A stretch of DNA of 64,000 bases from Candidatus Altimarinota bacterium. GTDB taxonomy: Bacteria > Patescibacteriota > Gracilibacteria > CAIRYL01 > GCA-016699755. Location of the stretch: the NCBI GenBank assembly GCA_963664295.1, contig OY760935.1, positions 864,001 through 928,000 on the forward strand, in the 5' to 3' direction. The first letter of the stretch is position 1. Every line of letters starts with the position of its first letter. Under the pieces are notes generated by a model that searched no databases, had not been told where the DNA came from, and saw nothing but the letters and a program-made list of their open reading frames with translations. The translations under genes and the position numbers were made by a program. Positions 27,985 to 38,306 of the stretch are shown here, one piece after another.

Positions 27985-30900
27985 ATGCAGCAATTTTCAA
28001 AACCGCAACAAGCAAACTTTTCTGCAATCGCACTGCGTATTGCTTCACCAGAGCAAATTCGCTCTTGGTCTAGTGGTGAAGTGACAAAACCAGAAACAAT
28101 CAATTACCGCACTCAAAAACCAGAATTAGATGGACTTTTTTGTGCGAGAATTTTTGGACCTACCAAGAACTGGGAATGTTATTGTGGAAAATATAAAAGA
28201 ATTCGCTACAAAGGCGTTGTTTGTGAAAAATGTGGAGTAGAGGTCACTCGCTCTGTTGTTCGCCGTGAACGCATGGGTCATATTTCCCTTGCTGTTCCTG
28301 TCACTCATGTTTGGTATCTCAGATCAACTCCTTCTCGAATTGGTCTTTTATTGGACAAACCTGTAAAACCACTTGAACAAGTAGTTTATTTTGCTTCTTA
28401 TATTATTATTTCTGTTGACCAAAAAGCTAAAGAAGAATCTTTGGAGCAACTTGATGCCGACTATAAAAAATACAAAAAACAAGCACAAGATGAAGCAGGC
28501 AAAGAAATTAATAAAATGAAAGCACTTTTGCGTGACAAAAAAATCAAACAAAAAGATTTAGATAAATTTGAAGCAGAACAAGCAACAAAATTAGAAGAGC
28601 TAAACAATGTTCACTCTGAAGCAAAAAAAGACTTACAAAGTTTGGAAGAAGGCAATATTCTTTCTGAAATAGAATATAGAGAATTAAACATGAAATTTGG
28701 TCATGTTTTCACAGCTGGCACAGGTGCTGAATCTCTTCGTATTATTCTTGAAAAAGTTGATCTTGATAAAGAAATTCAAATATTAGAAAAACAGAAAAAA
28801 ACTGCTGTTGGTCAACGCCAAAAGAAAATAATGAAAAGAATTCGCCTTATGCTTTCCTTAAAAAAGGCCGAAATAAGACCCGAATGGACTATTATGGCAG
28901 AATTGCCAATTATTCCACCAGACTTAAGACCAATGGTACAACTTGATGGTGGTCGTTTTGCAGCTTCCGATCTAAATGATTTATATAGAAGAATTATTAA
29001 CAGAAATAACCGTCTAAAAAGACTAATGAGTATTGGTGCTCCAGAGGTTATCTGTCGTAACGAAAAAAGAATGCTTCAAGAAGCAGTAGATACACTAATT
29101 AACAATTCCCCAAGAGCAGGAAGAGCTGTATTTACAGCTGGTGAACGCAAAAAACTACGCTCACTCTCTGATATGCTTAAAGGTAAACAAGGTCGCTTCC
29201 GTCAAAATCTACTTGGTAAACGTGTGGACTATTCTGGTCGTTCTGTGATTGTAGTTGGTCCTCAGTTAAAATTAAATCAATGTGGTTTGCCTAAAAAAAT
29301 GGCTATGAAATTGTTTAAACCATTTGTAATTGGAGAGCTTATTCGTCAAGAATATGCTTATAATGTAAAAGGTGCAGAAAGATTTATAAATTCAGACAAA
29401 AAAGTAGTTTGGGATATTTTAGAAGAAATCACAAAAGATAAATATGTACTTCTAAATCGTGCTCCAACATTGCACAGACTTGGTATTCAAGCTTTTGCTC
29501 CAACCTTAATCGAAGGTAAGGCTATCCAAATTCATCCTCTTGTTTGTGCCGCTTTTAATGCGGATTTCGATGGTGACCAGATGGCTGTTCATCTTCCTCT
29601 TTCTGACGAAGCACAATGGGAAGCAAGGGAAATCATTGCTTCTAACAAAAACCTTCTTAAGCCATCTTCTGGTGGACCAATTGTTTCTCCTACCTTAGAT
29701 ATGGTTTTGGGTTGTTATTTCCTAACCCAAATGCACGAAGGCAAACAAGGAGAAGGTATGGTTTTTGCCGACCTATCAGAAGCTATCAATGCTTATAGAA
29801 TGGGCATTGTGGATTTGCAAGCAAAAGTTAAAATCAGAATTAACGGAGAAATTCGAGAAACAACAGTTGGTAGAGGTATTTTTAACTCATTCGTACCTAA
29901 GCAAATGCCGTATCAAAATGAAACAATGCGCAAAAAAGCTCTTGAAAACTTGCTTTCCGACATTTTTGCCACTACTGATACTGACACAACAGCTCGCTTT
30001 GCTGATCAAGTTAAAAGAATTGGCTTTAAATTTGCAACTAAATCAGGTCTTAGTATCGCAGCTAGTGATATGCTCATTCCGGGCAAAAAGGAAGAAATTA
30101 TCAATGAAGCTGATGAAAAAGTTCGCAGAATTAACAATCAATATTGGAAAGGCTTTATTACAGAACACGAACGCTATATGCACGCTATTAACATTTGGTC
30201 AGAAACCAAAACAAGCATTACCAATGTGATGGTTGACCAATTTAAAGAACAAGAAGAAAACGATATTTTCTATACTGTAGATTCTGGTGCTCGTGGTAAT
30301 TGGGGTCAGATTACACAGCTTTGTGGAATGAAAGGCTTAGTTGCTAATCCAGGTGGTAAAACTATTGAATTGCCTATTAAATCTAACTTAAAAGAAGGAT
30401 TTACAATTCTTGAGTACTTTATTGCTACTCATGGTGGTCGTAAAGGTAAATCAGATACTGCACTTAAAACAGCGGAAGCTGGTTATCTTACTCGTCGTCT
30501 TGTTGACGCAGTTCAAGACATTATCATCAAAGAACAAGACTGTGGCTCAACCCATGAACACATTATCAATAGAGCAGAAAGTAAAACTATTGGTGAAAGA
30601 TTTGCAAAAAGAATTTTTGGCAGAACACTTTCATCTGACTTAATAGACTCAAAAACAGGAGAAGTTATTGGCGTGCGTAATGACATGATTGGCAAAGATC
30701 TTCTTGCTGAAATAGAAGCAAGACAAATAGCTGAAGTAAAAGTGCGCTCAGTTATGACTTGCCAAACAGAAAACGGAATTTGTCAAAAATGTTATGGATT
30801 TGATCTTGGTAGCAACAAAGAGGTAGAAATAGGTACTCCAGTTGGCATTATAGCAGCTCAATCCATTGGTGAGCCTGGTACTCAGTTAACCATGCGTACT

Positions 30901-31821
30901 TTCCATATGGGTGGTGTTGCCGAAGGAACAGATATTACTCAAGGTTTAACTAGAGTAGAAGAATTATTTGAAGCCAGAGCTCCAAAAACTCCTGCTACTC
31001 TTTCTGAAATTAACGGTAAATTGTCAATTGAACATGTTGAAAACGAAACAATTGTTCATATTTTTGCCGAAAACCTAGAAATAGATACCTACCAAGCTGA
31101 CTACAATGCTAAGATCCTTGTTAAAGAAGGCGATAAAGTCACTCAAAATCAAATCTTGATCAAAGGTCAAAGCATTACTCGTGCAAAAAACCCAGGAATA
31201 ATAAAAGAAATAATTGATAACGATAAAGTCTTGGTTAAACATTCTGAATATGCAAAAAAAGATTATACATTCAAGCCTGGAGAAACACTGTTAGTAGAAG
31301 ATGGACAATATGTTAAAAAAGGTGATCCTCTCAATGCAGGACACTTTAACTTGCGTGATTTACTAGAAATGACTGAAACATATACAGTGCAAAAATATCT
31401 CATGAGCGAAGTGCAAACAATCTATGCTTCTCAAGGTCAAACTATCAACGATAAACATATTGAAATTATTGTTAAACAAATGTTCTCTAAGGTTCGTATT
31501 ATTGATCCTCGCGATGTTGAAGAGCTTTTGCCTGGAGAAGTTGTAGATATTCAAAAAATTATTAAACTTAATCAAGGCAAAGGTCGTCCTGCAATTTACG
31601 AAAGACTCCTTCTCGGCCTTACTCGTATTGCACTTGCTACAGAATCATGGCTTTCTGCTGCTTCATTCCAAGAAACAATCAGAGTATTAGTTGAAGCCTC
31701 TACAACTGGTAAAATCGACGAACTTGAAGGCCTCAAAGAAAATGTTATTATTGGGCGCTTAATCCCAGCAGGCCATATCTACCGCAAAAAATTCTATGAA
31801 AAACAAGCTGAAGAACAATAA
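27985..31821 (+). CDS. rpoC: DNA-directed RNA polymerase subunit beta'
   Basis: KPETINYRT, CYCGKYK zinc site, NADFDGDQM catalytic motif, GEPGTQLTMRTFH, GLKENVIIG. Confidence 0.99.
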   Translation: MQQFSKPQQANFSAIALRIASPEQIRSWSSGEVTKPETINYRTQKPELDGLFCARIFGPTKNWECYCGKYKRIRYKGVVCEKCGVEVTRSVVRRERMGHISLAVPVTHVWYLRSTPSRIGLLLDKPVKPLEQVVYFASYIIISVDQKAKEESLEQLDADYKKYKKQAQDEAGKEINKMKALLRDKKIKQKDLDKFEAEQATKLEELNNVHSEAKKDLQSLEEGNILSEIEYRELNMKFGHVFTAGTGAESLRIILEKVDLDKEIQILEKQKKTAVGQRQKKIMKRIRLMLSLKKAEIRPEWTIMAELPIIPPDLRPMVQLDGGRFAASDLNDLYRRIINRNNRLKRLMSIGAPEVICRNEKRMLQEAVDTLINNSPRAGRAVFTAGERKKLRSLSDMLKGKQGRFRQNLLGKRVDYSGRSVIVVGPQLKLNQCGLPKKMAMKLFKPFVIGELIRQEYAYNVKGAERFINSDKKVVWDILEEITKDKYVLLNRAPTLHRLGIQAFAPTLIEGKAIQIHPLVCAAFNADFDGDQMAVHLPLSDEAQWEAREIIASNKNLLKPSSGGPIVSPTLDMVLGCYFLTQMHEGKQGEGMVFADLSEAINAYRMGIVDLQAKVKIRINGEIRETTVGRGIFNSFVPKQMPYQNETMRKKALENLLSDIFATTDTDTTARFADQVKRIGFKFATKSGLSIAASDMLIPGKKEEIINEADEKVRRINNQYWKGFITEHERYMHAINIWSETKTSITNVMVDQFKEQEENDIFYTVDSGARGNWGQITQLCGMKGLVANPGGKTIELPIKSNLKEGFTILEYFIATHGGRKGKSDTALKTAEAGYLTRRLVDAVQDIIIKEQDCGSTHEHIINRAESKTIGERFAKRIFGRTLSSDLIDSKTGEVIGVRNDMIGKDLLAEIEARQIAEVKVRSVMTCQTENGICQKCYGFDLGSNKEVEIGTPVGIIAAQSIGEPGTQLTMRTFHMGGVAEGTDITQGLTRVEELFEARAPKTPATLSEINGKLSIEHVENETIVHIFAENLEIDTYQADYNAKILVKEGDKVTQNQILIKGQSITRAKNPGIIKEIIDNDKVLVKHSEYAKKDYTFKPGETLLVEDGQYVKKGDPLNAGHFNLRDLLEMTETYTVQKYLMSEVQTIYASQGQTINDKHIEIIVKQMFSKVRIIDPRDVEELLPGEVVDIQKIIKLNQGKGRPAIYERLLLGLTRIALATESWLSAASFQETIRVLVEASTTGKIDELEGLKENVIIGRLIPAGHIYRKKFYEKQAEEQ

Positions 31822-31892
31822 AGGCTTGCCAAAATTTAAAAAATTTGTAAAAATCTCCTAGCGCTCTTATTTTTCTATAATAATTAGTAATT

Positions 31893-32312
31893 ATGCCAAC
31901 AATTAACCAATTAATTCGCAAACCAAGAAAACAGGTGACTAAAAAATCAAAATCACCTGCAATGCAACATACTTTCAATTCTTTAAAAACCCAAGCTGTT
32001 AAGCTAAAAAGAGGTGCTCCACAAAAAAGAGGAGTATGTGTGAAAGTAAGAACAATGACACCAAAAAAACCTAACTCTGCCTTGCGTAAAATCGCTCGTG
32101 TCCGCCTAACAAACGGCATGGAAGTAAACGCATATATACCAGGTGAAGGCCACAATCTTCAGGAACACAGCGTGGTCATCATCCGTGGAGGAAGAGTAAA
32201 AGATCTCCCAGGTGTGAGATATCACGTTGTGCGTGGTGCTCTCGACACAGAAGGTGTAAAAGACAGAAAAAGAGGTCGCTCACTTTATGGCTCTAAAAAG
32301 CCAAAATCATAA
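31893..32312 (+). CDS. rpsL: 30S ribosomal protein S12
   Basis: [34 protein letters not shown]. Confidence 0.99.
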   Translation: MPTINQLIRKPRKQVTKKSKSPAMQHTFNSLKTQAVKLKRGAPQKRGVCVKVRTMTPKKPNSALRKIARVRLTNGMEVNAYIPGEGHNLQEHSVVIIRGGRVKDLPGVRYHVVRGALDTEGVKDRKRGRSLYGSKKPKS

Positions 32313-32338
32313 TAAAGAATATTTAATTATCTACTTAT

Positions 32339-32794
32339 ATGGCACAAAAAAAAGCAAATTTTATTCCATCAAACTCAAATCCTTTACAGGAAAAGTTTAT
32401 AAATTGCGTCATGCTAGACGGCAAAAAGTCTGTTGCTCGCAAAATTTTTAATGATATGTTGGAGGAAATTAAAAGCAAAGGTCACAAAAAACCTGCTGAA
32501 ACATTTGAAAGAGCTATAAAAAATGTAATGCCACAAATCGAAGTAAGACCAAAAAGAGTTGGTGGTGCTATTTATCAAGTACCTGTTGAAGTTAAACCAC
32601 ACAGACAACAAACATTAGCTATAAGATGGATATTGGCCGCCACTCGTGGTAAAAAAGGTTCACCAATGTATAAAAAACTGGCTACTGAAATATTAGCCGC
32701 AGCCAATGAAGAAGGAGGAGCCTTCAAAAAGCGAGATGACGTTCACAAAATGGCAAAAGCCAACAGAGCATTTGCACATTTCGCCAGGTTTTAA
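32339..32794 (+). CDS. rpsG: 30S ribosomal protein S7
   Basis: KFIN-VMLDGKKSVA, RVGGAIYQVP, HKMAKANRAFAHF. Confidence 0.98.
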   Translation: MAQKKANFIPSNSNPLQEKFINCVMLDGKKSVARKIFNDMLEEIKSKGHKKPAETFERAIKNVMPQIEVRPKRVGGAIYQVPVEVKPHRQQTLAIRWILAATRGKKGSPMYKKLATEILAAANEEGGAFKKRDDVHKMAKANRAFAHFARF

Positions 32795-32797
32795 TAT

Positions 32798-32826
32798 AAT
32801 TCCAGCCAGAGGCTGGAATTTTTTTT
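32798..32826 (+). terminator. Rho-independent terminator after rpsG
   Basis: AATTCCAGCC-AGA-GGCTGGAATT perfect stem followed by T6. Confidence 0.85.
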
Positions 32827-32844
32827 AACTTTTTTTAAAGAACC

Positions 32845-33162
32845 ATGGCAAAAACATTTACAGATGACAACTTTCAAGAAGAGGTGCTTAATTCAGATAT
32901 TCCTGTTCTTGTTGATTTTTGGGCAGTTTGGTGCGGTCCTTGCCAAATGATGGGTCCTGTTATTGAAAAACTTGCCGAAGAAATGGAAGGCAAGGTTAAA
33001 ATTGGCAAACTAAATGTCGAAGATAGCCCAAATACAGCTACAAAATACGGAATTATGAGCATACCTGCTTTTAAGGTTTTTAAGAACGGTGAGGTGACTC
33101 ACGAGTTTGTTGGCGCTATGAGCGCAGAGGAACTAAAAAATAAACTAGAAGCAGTGCTCTAA
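32845..33162 (+). CDS. trxA: Thioredoxin
   Basis: VLVDFWAVWCGPC, YGIMSIP. Confidence 0.96.
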   Translation: MAKTFTDDNFQEEVLNSDIPVLVDFWAVWCGPCQMMGPVIEKLAEEMEGKVKIGKLNVEDSPNTATKYGIMSIPAFKVFKNGEVTHEFVGAMSAEELKNKLEAVL

Positions 33163-33170
33163 AAAAATCC

Positions 33171-33575
33171 TTACAAACTATCCAAAGCCTGATTAGCAAG
33201 CATATCCGCAGTTTTATTAAACTCCCTGCGAACATGTTGATATTTTACAGACTTAAAATCAGCTTCTTTTGAGCGTACCTGATTTAATAAATCCCAAATA
33301 TGCGGGGCTTTTACTTTCCACTCCCCTGTTAATTGTTTTACTAAAAGTTGTGAATCAGAAAAAATATTAACTTCTTTGTTAGTATATTTTTTTGCTAAAT
33401 CTAAGGCAACAATAACAGCCTGATACTCAGCAATATTATTAGTTTTTGTGCCTATATATTCTTGATATCTCTCAAGTTCATTGCCTTCTTGATTGCAAAT
33501 AAAAACACCCACAGAAGATGCTCCAGGATTACCCCTGCAAGCACCATCTGTGTATATATTTACAATATCTTCCAT
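33171..33575 (-). CDS. rnhA: Ribonuclease HI family protein
   Basis: YTDGACRGNPG, TNNIAEY, SDSQL, HVRREFNKTAD-LAN. Confidence 0.9.
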   Translation of the reverse strand: MEDIVNIYTDGACRGNPGASSVGVFICNQEGNELERYQEYIGTKTNNIAEYQAVIVALDLAKKYTNKEVNIFSDSQLLVKQLTGEWKVKAPHIWDLLNQVRSKEADFKSVKYQHVRREFNKTADMLANQALDSL

Positions 33576-33577
33576 AT

Positions 33578-35707
33578 TTATTTAACCTTAGCAAAAAGGT
33601 CTATTTTACGAGAGATTTTTTTACCAATAAAAACAGCAAGCAATGTTCTGGTGACTGTAATTGCAGTAAACATGGAAATAACAATACCAAGTGCCAATGT
33701 CACTGCAAAACCTTTAATCATCAAAGTCCCAAAGAAAAACAAAATAAGACAAGTAATTAAAGAAGAAATATTGGAATCACGAATAGAAGTCCAAGCTCTT
33801 TCAAAGCCAATAGAAATAGCAGATGAAAAATTCTTCCCATCTCTTAATTCTTCTTTAATTCTTTCAAAAATCAAAATATTTGCGTCAACAGCCATGCCAA
33901 TAGAAAGCACAATACCCGCTACACCTGCCAAAGTCAGCACAATATTAGAAGTTAAAACAATATAAGTAAAAATAGCTAAAAACACAGAAATAAACATAGA
34001 AACAAATTCATTTTTTTCAAAATTACCAAAAGACATAAAGGCAATCGTGCCAACCAATAAAGCAATAAATAATGCTAATAAGGCTGATGGATTTACACTA
34101 ATAACAAAGAAAATCGCAGTAGTATAAACAGATAAAGCCAAAACAGCAATAAGACCTAAAAGCCTATAAGCAAAAATCATCCACAGAGCCAAAATAGCAA
34201 GCCCGATAATACCAGCTTTCACAGAGGCCTCTAAAGCATCTTCGCCTAAACTTGCCTTTAATCTATATTCACCGTCCAAAATAGGAGCGGCCGCAATAGC
34301 GCCTGCCTCTAGCTCATTTTTAAGATTGATTGCCCATTTTTTTGCCTCTAAATAGTTGGTTTCACCGCTACTAATTACAGCAGCACCACCAGTAATAACT
34401 TCATTGATAGTAGGAGCAGAAATAAGTTCACCGCCAACAAAAATTGCTAATGGCTTACCCACATTTCTTCTGGAGATTTCTTCGAATAATTTACCTCCTT
34501 TTCTGTCAAATTGTATAGAAACAACAGAAATACCAGTATTAGGATCAGTGCTAACTTTTGCGCTATGAAAATATTGACCATCAAGTCCAGTACTTTTCCA
34601 AGGATCAAAATTATTAGCACTAAAAAATAATTCATCATAATATAATTTTTCTTCTTGCTTAGTTTCTGTCTTTTTTTGCAGTCTTTCATATGCTGTATCA
34701 ATTTTTTCTTTTGCATTTTCTGTTGTCTTAGCAACAAAAATCTCTTTTACTCCCAAAACTAAATCTTCTTCCTCTTTTGGAAGAATTTTATAAACATGAT
34801 AACCCTCTTCACTTTCTAAAACTTCAGACAAGTCGCCTTCTGCAAGCTCTAAAACTTGACCTTGAATATCTTCAGGCACATCAACAACAAGCTGTTTTTC
34901 GTCGCCTTTTTCAGAAACTTCCGATCGAACAAGATCAAAATCTTCACCAGGTATCTTAATTTCTCTGTCCTCAACTTTTTTCTCTTTAATTTTTACAATT
35001 GAATAACCCTCAATTGGCACAAGAGAGCTTCCTGTCGCCATATAACCCTGATCAAGCTCCAAAACCTGCTCAATCACAACACCAGCTTCTGCGCCCCATA
35101 GTAACTCCGCATTTTCTTGGTCTAGCTGATCCTGAAAATATGATCTTTCTTTTAGGCTAGCTTGAGAGTTGCTGGCTGTAGTTTCTGCAACCACGGCATC
35201 AAAATCACCATCTTTGATTTTTACCAAAACTGCATCAGCATCAGCTTTTACGCTTTCTTTGTCAGCTTCGTCTGCTTCTTCTTTTAATTCTTTAAATTCT
35301 AAATCAACAATTTTTTGCAAATTTTCTCGAGTTTCCTCAGAGTCTAAATCAGCAGTAATATCAACTAAAATATGTTTTTCGTCACCAAAATTAGAAGTTT
35401 GAATACTTAATTCTTTTGTGCCACTCGGATCAGCACGCTGAGCAAGTTTTGATGCCACCTTTTCAACAATTCCATTAAGTTCTGTCTCTGTTTTTCTTTG
35501 GGCTTTAGCGCGATCAAGATCAACTTTAAAATCCAGCTGAATTCCTCCAGCAAGATCAAGACCAAGATCAATATCTTGAGCCAAAAGGTGATTGCGTAGC
35601 TTTTCGCCAGGCACTTTTTCTTTCCAAGAACCAGGCATAGCATAAGCTCCCATTACCAATGTAAAAACAAGAATAAAAACAATCTTTAAGCTAATTAATT
35701 TTTTCAT
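33578..35707 (-). CDS. secD: Protein translocase subunit SecD with enlarged extracytoplasmic region
   Basis: LGLDLAGG, LISAPTINE, LTLAGVAGIVLSIGMAVDANILIFERIKEE, AWTSIRDSN, KGFAVTL. Confidence 0.93.
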   Translation of the reverse strand: MKKLISLKIVFILVFTLVMGAYAMPGSWKEKVPGEKLRNHLLAQDIDLGLDLAGGIQLDFKVDLDRAKAQRKTETELNGIVEKVASKLAQRADPSGTKELSIQTSNFGDEKHILVDITADLDSEETRENLQKIVDLEFKELKEEADEADKESVKADADAVLVKIKDGDFDAVVAETTASNSQASLKERSYFQDQLDQENAELLWGAEAGVVIEQVLELDQGYMATGSSLVPIEGYSIVKIKEKKVEDREIKIPGEDFDLVRSEVSEKGDEKQLVVDVPEDIQGQVLELAEGDLSEVLESEEGYHVYKILPKEEEDLVLGVKEIFVAKTTENAKEKIDTAYERLQKKTETKQEEKLYYDELFFSANNFDPWKSTGLDGQYFHSAKVSTDPNTGISVVSIQFDRKGGKLFEEISRRNVGKPLAIFVGGELISAPTINEVITGGAAVISSGETNYLEAKKWAINLKNELEAGAIAAAPILDGEYRLKASLGEDALEASVKAGIIGLAILALWMIFAYRLLGLIAVLALSVYTTAIFFVISVNPSALLALFIALLVGTIAFMSFGNFEKNEFVSMFISVFLAIFTYIVLTSNIVLTLAGVAGIVLSIGMAVDANILIFERIKEELRDGKNFSSAISIGFERAWTSIRDSNISSLITCLILFFFGTLMIKGFAVTLALGIVISMFTAITVTRTLLAVFIGKKISRKIDLFAKVK

Positions 35708-35787
35708 TTGTCCAAAAAATTTTACCTACAGAGTATTGCACTTTTAGCTCTGCTTTGCAACTAAACTTCCTTTTTTCTTAGCTTTTT

Positions 35788-35813
35788 TGTTGCCTTTTAT
35801 TTTTTCTGTCGTT
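35788..35813 (+). promoter_or_regulatory. Putative ECF-sigma (autoregulatory) promoter
   Basis: TGTTGC-16 nt-CGTT upstream of the ECF gene; same motif and spacing upstream of the SIMPL gene (43296-43321, minus). Confidence 0.45.
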
Positions 35814-35843
35814 TTATATAATGAAAGGGCAATAAAAACTTAA

Positions 35844-36398
35844 ATGAGCCCTGAAGAAAAAATTATTCAAAACTGTCAAAATGGCGATCTGGAGCAATTT
35901 TCCAAGCTCTACGATAAATACATAAAAAAAATCTATAATTTTATTTATTTCAAAACACACCATCAAGAAACAGCTGAAGACTTAACAAGCACAACTTTCC
36001 TAAAAGCATTAGAGAACATCAATAAATACAATCCAAAAAAAGGCTCATTTACATCATGGATTTATCAAATAGCACGCAATAATGTAATTGATTTTTATCG
36101 CTCACAAAAAATAACAACTGATATTGAAGATGCCTTTGATTTAAGCGACAAAATCGATATTGCAACTGATACAGATACAAACTTAAAGCTTCAAAAAGTT
36201 AAAAAGTATCTCAAAAAATTAAATTCCACAGAAAGAGAAGTTGTTGTTTTGAAGCTTTGGCAAGACTTATCTCACAAAGAAATTGCAAAAATCATTGGTA
36301 AAAATGAAAAAAATTCAAAAGTAATTCTTTCTCGTGCACTTAAAAAAATCCGAAAAAATGTTTTAATTTCCCTTCTTTTAGTGTTTTTTAGCTCATGA
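35844..36398 (+). CDS. ECF-family RNA polymerase sigma factor
   Basis: AEDLTSTTFLKA, FTSWIYQIARNNVIDFYR (region 2), LSHKEIAKIIG...SRALKK (region 4). Confidence 0.93.
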   Translation: MSPEEKIIQNCQNGDLEQFSKLYDKYIKKIYNFIYFKTHHQETAEDLTSTTFLKALENINKYNPKKGSFTSWIYQIARNNVIDFYRSQKITTDIEDAFDLSDKIDIATDTDTNLKLQKVKKYLKKLNSTEREVVVLKLWQDLSHKEIAKIIGKNEKNSKVILSRALKKIRKNVLISLLLVFFSS

Positions 36399-37843
36399 AC
36401 GATAAAATCAAAAAAACCCTGGCAGAAATTTACACTCTTAATCCAGAGCTTAAAAAACATGAAAAAGATTTACTAAAAATAATCAAAGAATTCACTAAAA
36501 ATAAACCAAAAACCAAGTTCACCAAAAAATTTCAAGAAGAATTAAAAGAGCAAATAGAACAAAAAGTCCTTGAAATTAAAGAAAAAAAGGATAACAAAGC
36601 AACATTTAGCCAAATTTTATTTAAAATATTAGCACCAATCACCTACACAGCAGTAGGAGTTGTGCTCACAATTGGAATTTGCCCTTATTTTGACCAAAAA
36701 ACAGAACCAATAAAAGAAACAGAAGCTCAAAAAGAAGAAAAAGTGGAAGCTTTTTCTCGCTCAATAAATATAGAAACAGAAGAATTTGATGACATTGCAT
36801 ATGACGAAACAGAAGTAATCCCAGAAATGGCTGGTTTTGGCGATGGCGGACTGGGTTCAGGTTTTGAAAACTTTAATTTAGTTAGCAACAAAACAAATTC
36901 AGACACCATAGAACCAGCAATGTACCAAGCAAAAGAAATAAAATATACATATAACGAAGACGATATATGGTTACCAAAAGATCCAAATCAAAATATATAT
37001 ATAACAAAAAGTAAATTATCTACAAATTCACCTATTTTAAATATTTTTGCAGATATTCCAGAAATTAATCTTAGTAAATTTACAAACACAACAATTCGTC
37101 ACCTTAGCCTAGCGCAAAATAATCAAAAATTTGGCTATATTATCTCTCTTGATTTTAATTCAGGCATTATTTCTATCAATGAAGATTATGAAAACTGGCC
37201 AAATCCCTTTATAGACTGCGAAGATGAATATTGCTACAAATCTTTACAATTAAAAAAATCAGATATGCCCTCAGAAAGCGAAATAATCACAATTGCTAAT
37301 CAATTTATTAGTGATTATCAAATTGATTTAAATAATTATGGCGAGCCAATTATTGATAACAGCTGGAAGACATATCGCGAAGATTATGCACCGGAAACAA
37401 TCAATATAATTTATCCATTACTAATAAACAACCACTATGTCTATCACCAAAATGGTGCTAATATTGGCATTCAAATAACCATCAATGTACGCTACAAAAA
37501 AGTAGCCTCTGTCTATGGCATAAGAATTGTAAATTTTGATATATACACAAGCAAAAGAGCTGAAAACGCACTAGAGAAAGTGGCAAATGCGCTAAAAAAC
37601 AAAAGAAATAATTATATTGATCCTTATTTGTCTCAAGAAAATATAATAACTGAAGAAGTTGAATTAGTTTCACCAGAATTTTGCTATGTTCTATACAATA
37701 ACTATGAAACACAAAATGAAATTTTTATCCCTGCTATTGCATTCACAGTAAAAAACAAAAAAAACTATATAGATAATAACAAAATTATTGCACCACTTTT
37801 TGAAAATAAAGAAATAATTAACAAAAAAACACTTAAAAACTAG
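36395..37843 (+). CDS. Putative membrane-anchored anti-sigma factor
   Basis: ATGA overlap with ECF stop; short cytoplasmic N-terminus, one TM segment, large extracytoplasmic domain. Confidence 0.6.
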   Translation: MNDKIKKTLAEIYTLNPELKKHEKDLLKIIKEFTKNKPKTKFTKKFQEELKEQIEQKVLEIKEKKDNKATFSQILFKILAPITYTAVGVVLTIGICPYFDQKTEPIKETEAQKEEKVEAFSRSINIETEEFDDIAYDETEVIPEMAGFGDGGLGSGFENFNLVSNKTNSDTIEPAMYQAKEIKYTYNEDDIWLPKDPNQNIYITKSKLSTNSPILNIFADIPEINLSKFTNTTIRHLSLAQNNQKFGYIISLDFNSGIISINEDYENWPNPFIDCEDEYCYKSLQLKKSDMPSESEIITIANQFISDYQIDLNNYGEPIIDNSWKTYREDYAPETINIIYPLLINNHYVYHQNGANIGIQITINVRYKKVASVYGIRIVNFDIYTSKRAENALEKVANALKNKRNNYIDPYLSQENIITEEVELVSPEFCYVLYNNYETQNEIFIPAIAFTVKNKKNYIDNNKIIAPLFENKEIINKKTLKN

Positions 37844-37890
37844 CAATTATTTCTAATTAGGGTATATTTCTTATAGTTTTTTAAAAAAAT

Positions 37891-38232
37891 ATGAGTAAAA
37901 AAATCTTTACCCTGGCATTATCTTTAATGCTTGTTGTTTCACTGTCTGCCTGTGGAGCAAAAACAGACAAAGAGCGTTTTAGAGACGCAACTGTAGAAAT
38001 TGCTTGTGATGTTATCAAGCCAAGCTTGGAAAATCTAGAAGCAATGGCTGACCCAGCAAAACTTCAAGAAATTGAAGAAAAAACTCTAGAAATCCTCAAA
38101 AAACATGGCTTTGAAAACCAAGAGGAATATGAACAATTAGGTGAACAATTTGAAACTGACGCAGAATTTAAAAAAGAAGTAGAAGATGCTGCAACAGCAA
38201 AATGTGGCTCACTTGACCCAAGTGCAGAATAA
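37891..38232 (+). CDS. Putative lipoprotein
   Basis: MSKK-hydrophobic-LSAC lipobox. Confidence 0.8.
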   Translation: MSKKIFTLALSLMLVVSLSACGAKTDKERFRDATVEIACDVIKPSLENLEAMADPAKLQEIEEKTLEILKKHGFENQEEYEQLGEQFETDAEFKKEVEDAATAKCGSLDPSAE

Positions 38233-38239
38233 AAAATCA

Positions 38240-38275
38240 TCAAGGGCTAGAGACTGCTTAGTGCCTAGCCCTTGA
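38240..38275. terminator. Stem-loop after the ECF-anti-sigma-lipoprotein unit
   Basis: TCAAGGGCTAG...CTAGCCCTTGA 11-bp stem; no T tract on + strand. Confidence 0.45.
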
Positions 38276-38306
38276 CTAAAAATAAGTTCATACAATGTTC
38301 ATTTTT

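Noticed and set aside
31748-32155. 135-aa ORF antisense to rpsL and similar short antisense or alternate-frame ORFs throughout
   Set aside because: Overlap well-supported genes, mostly non-ATG starts, no motifs
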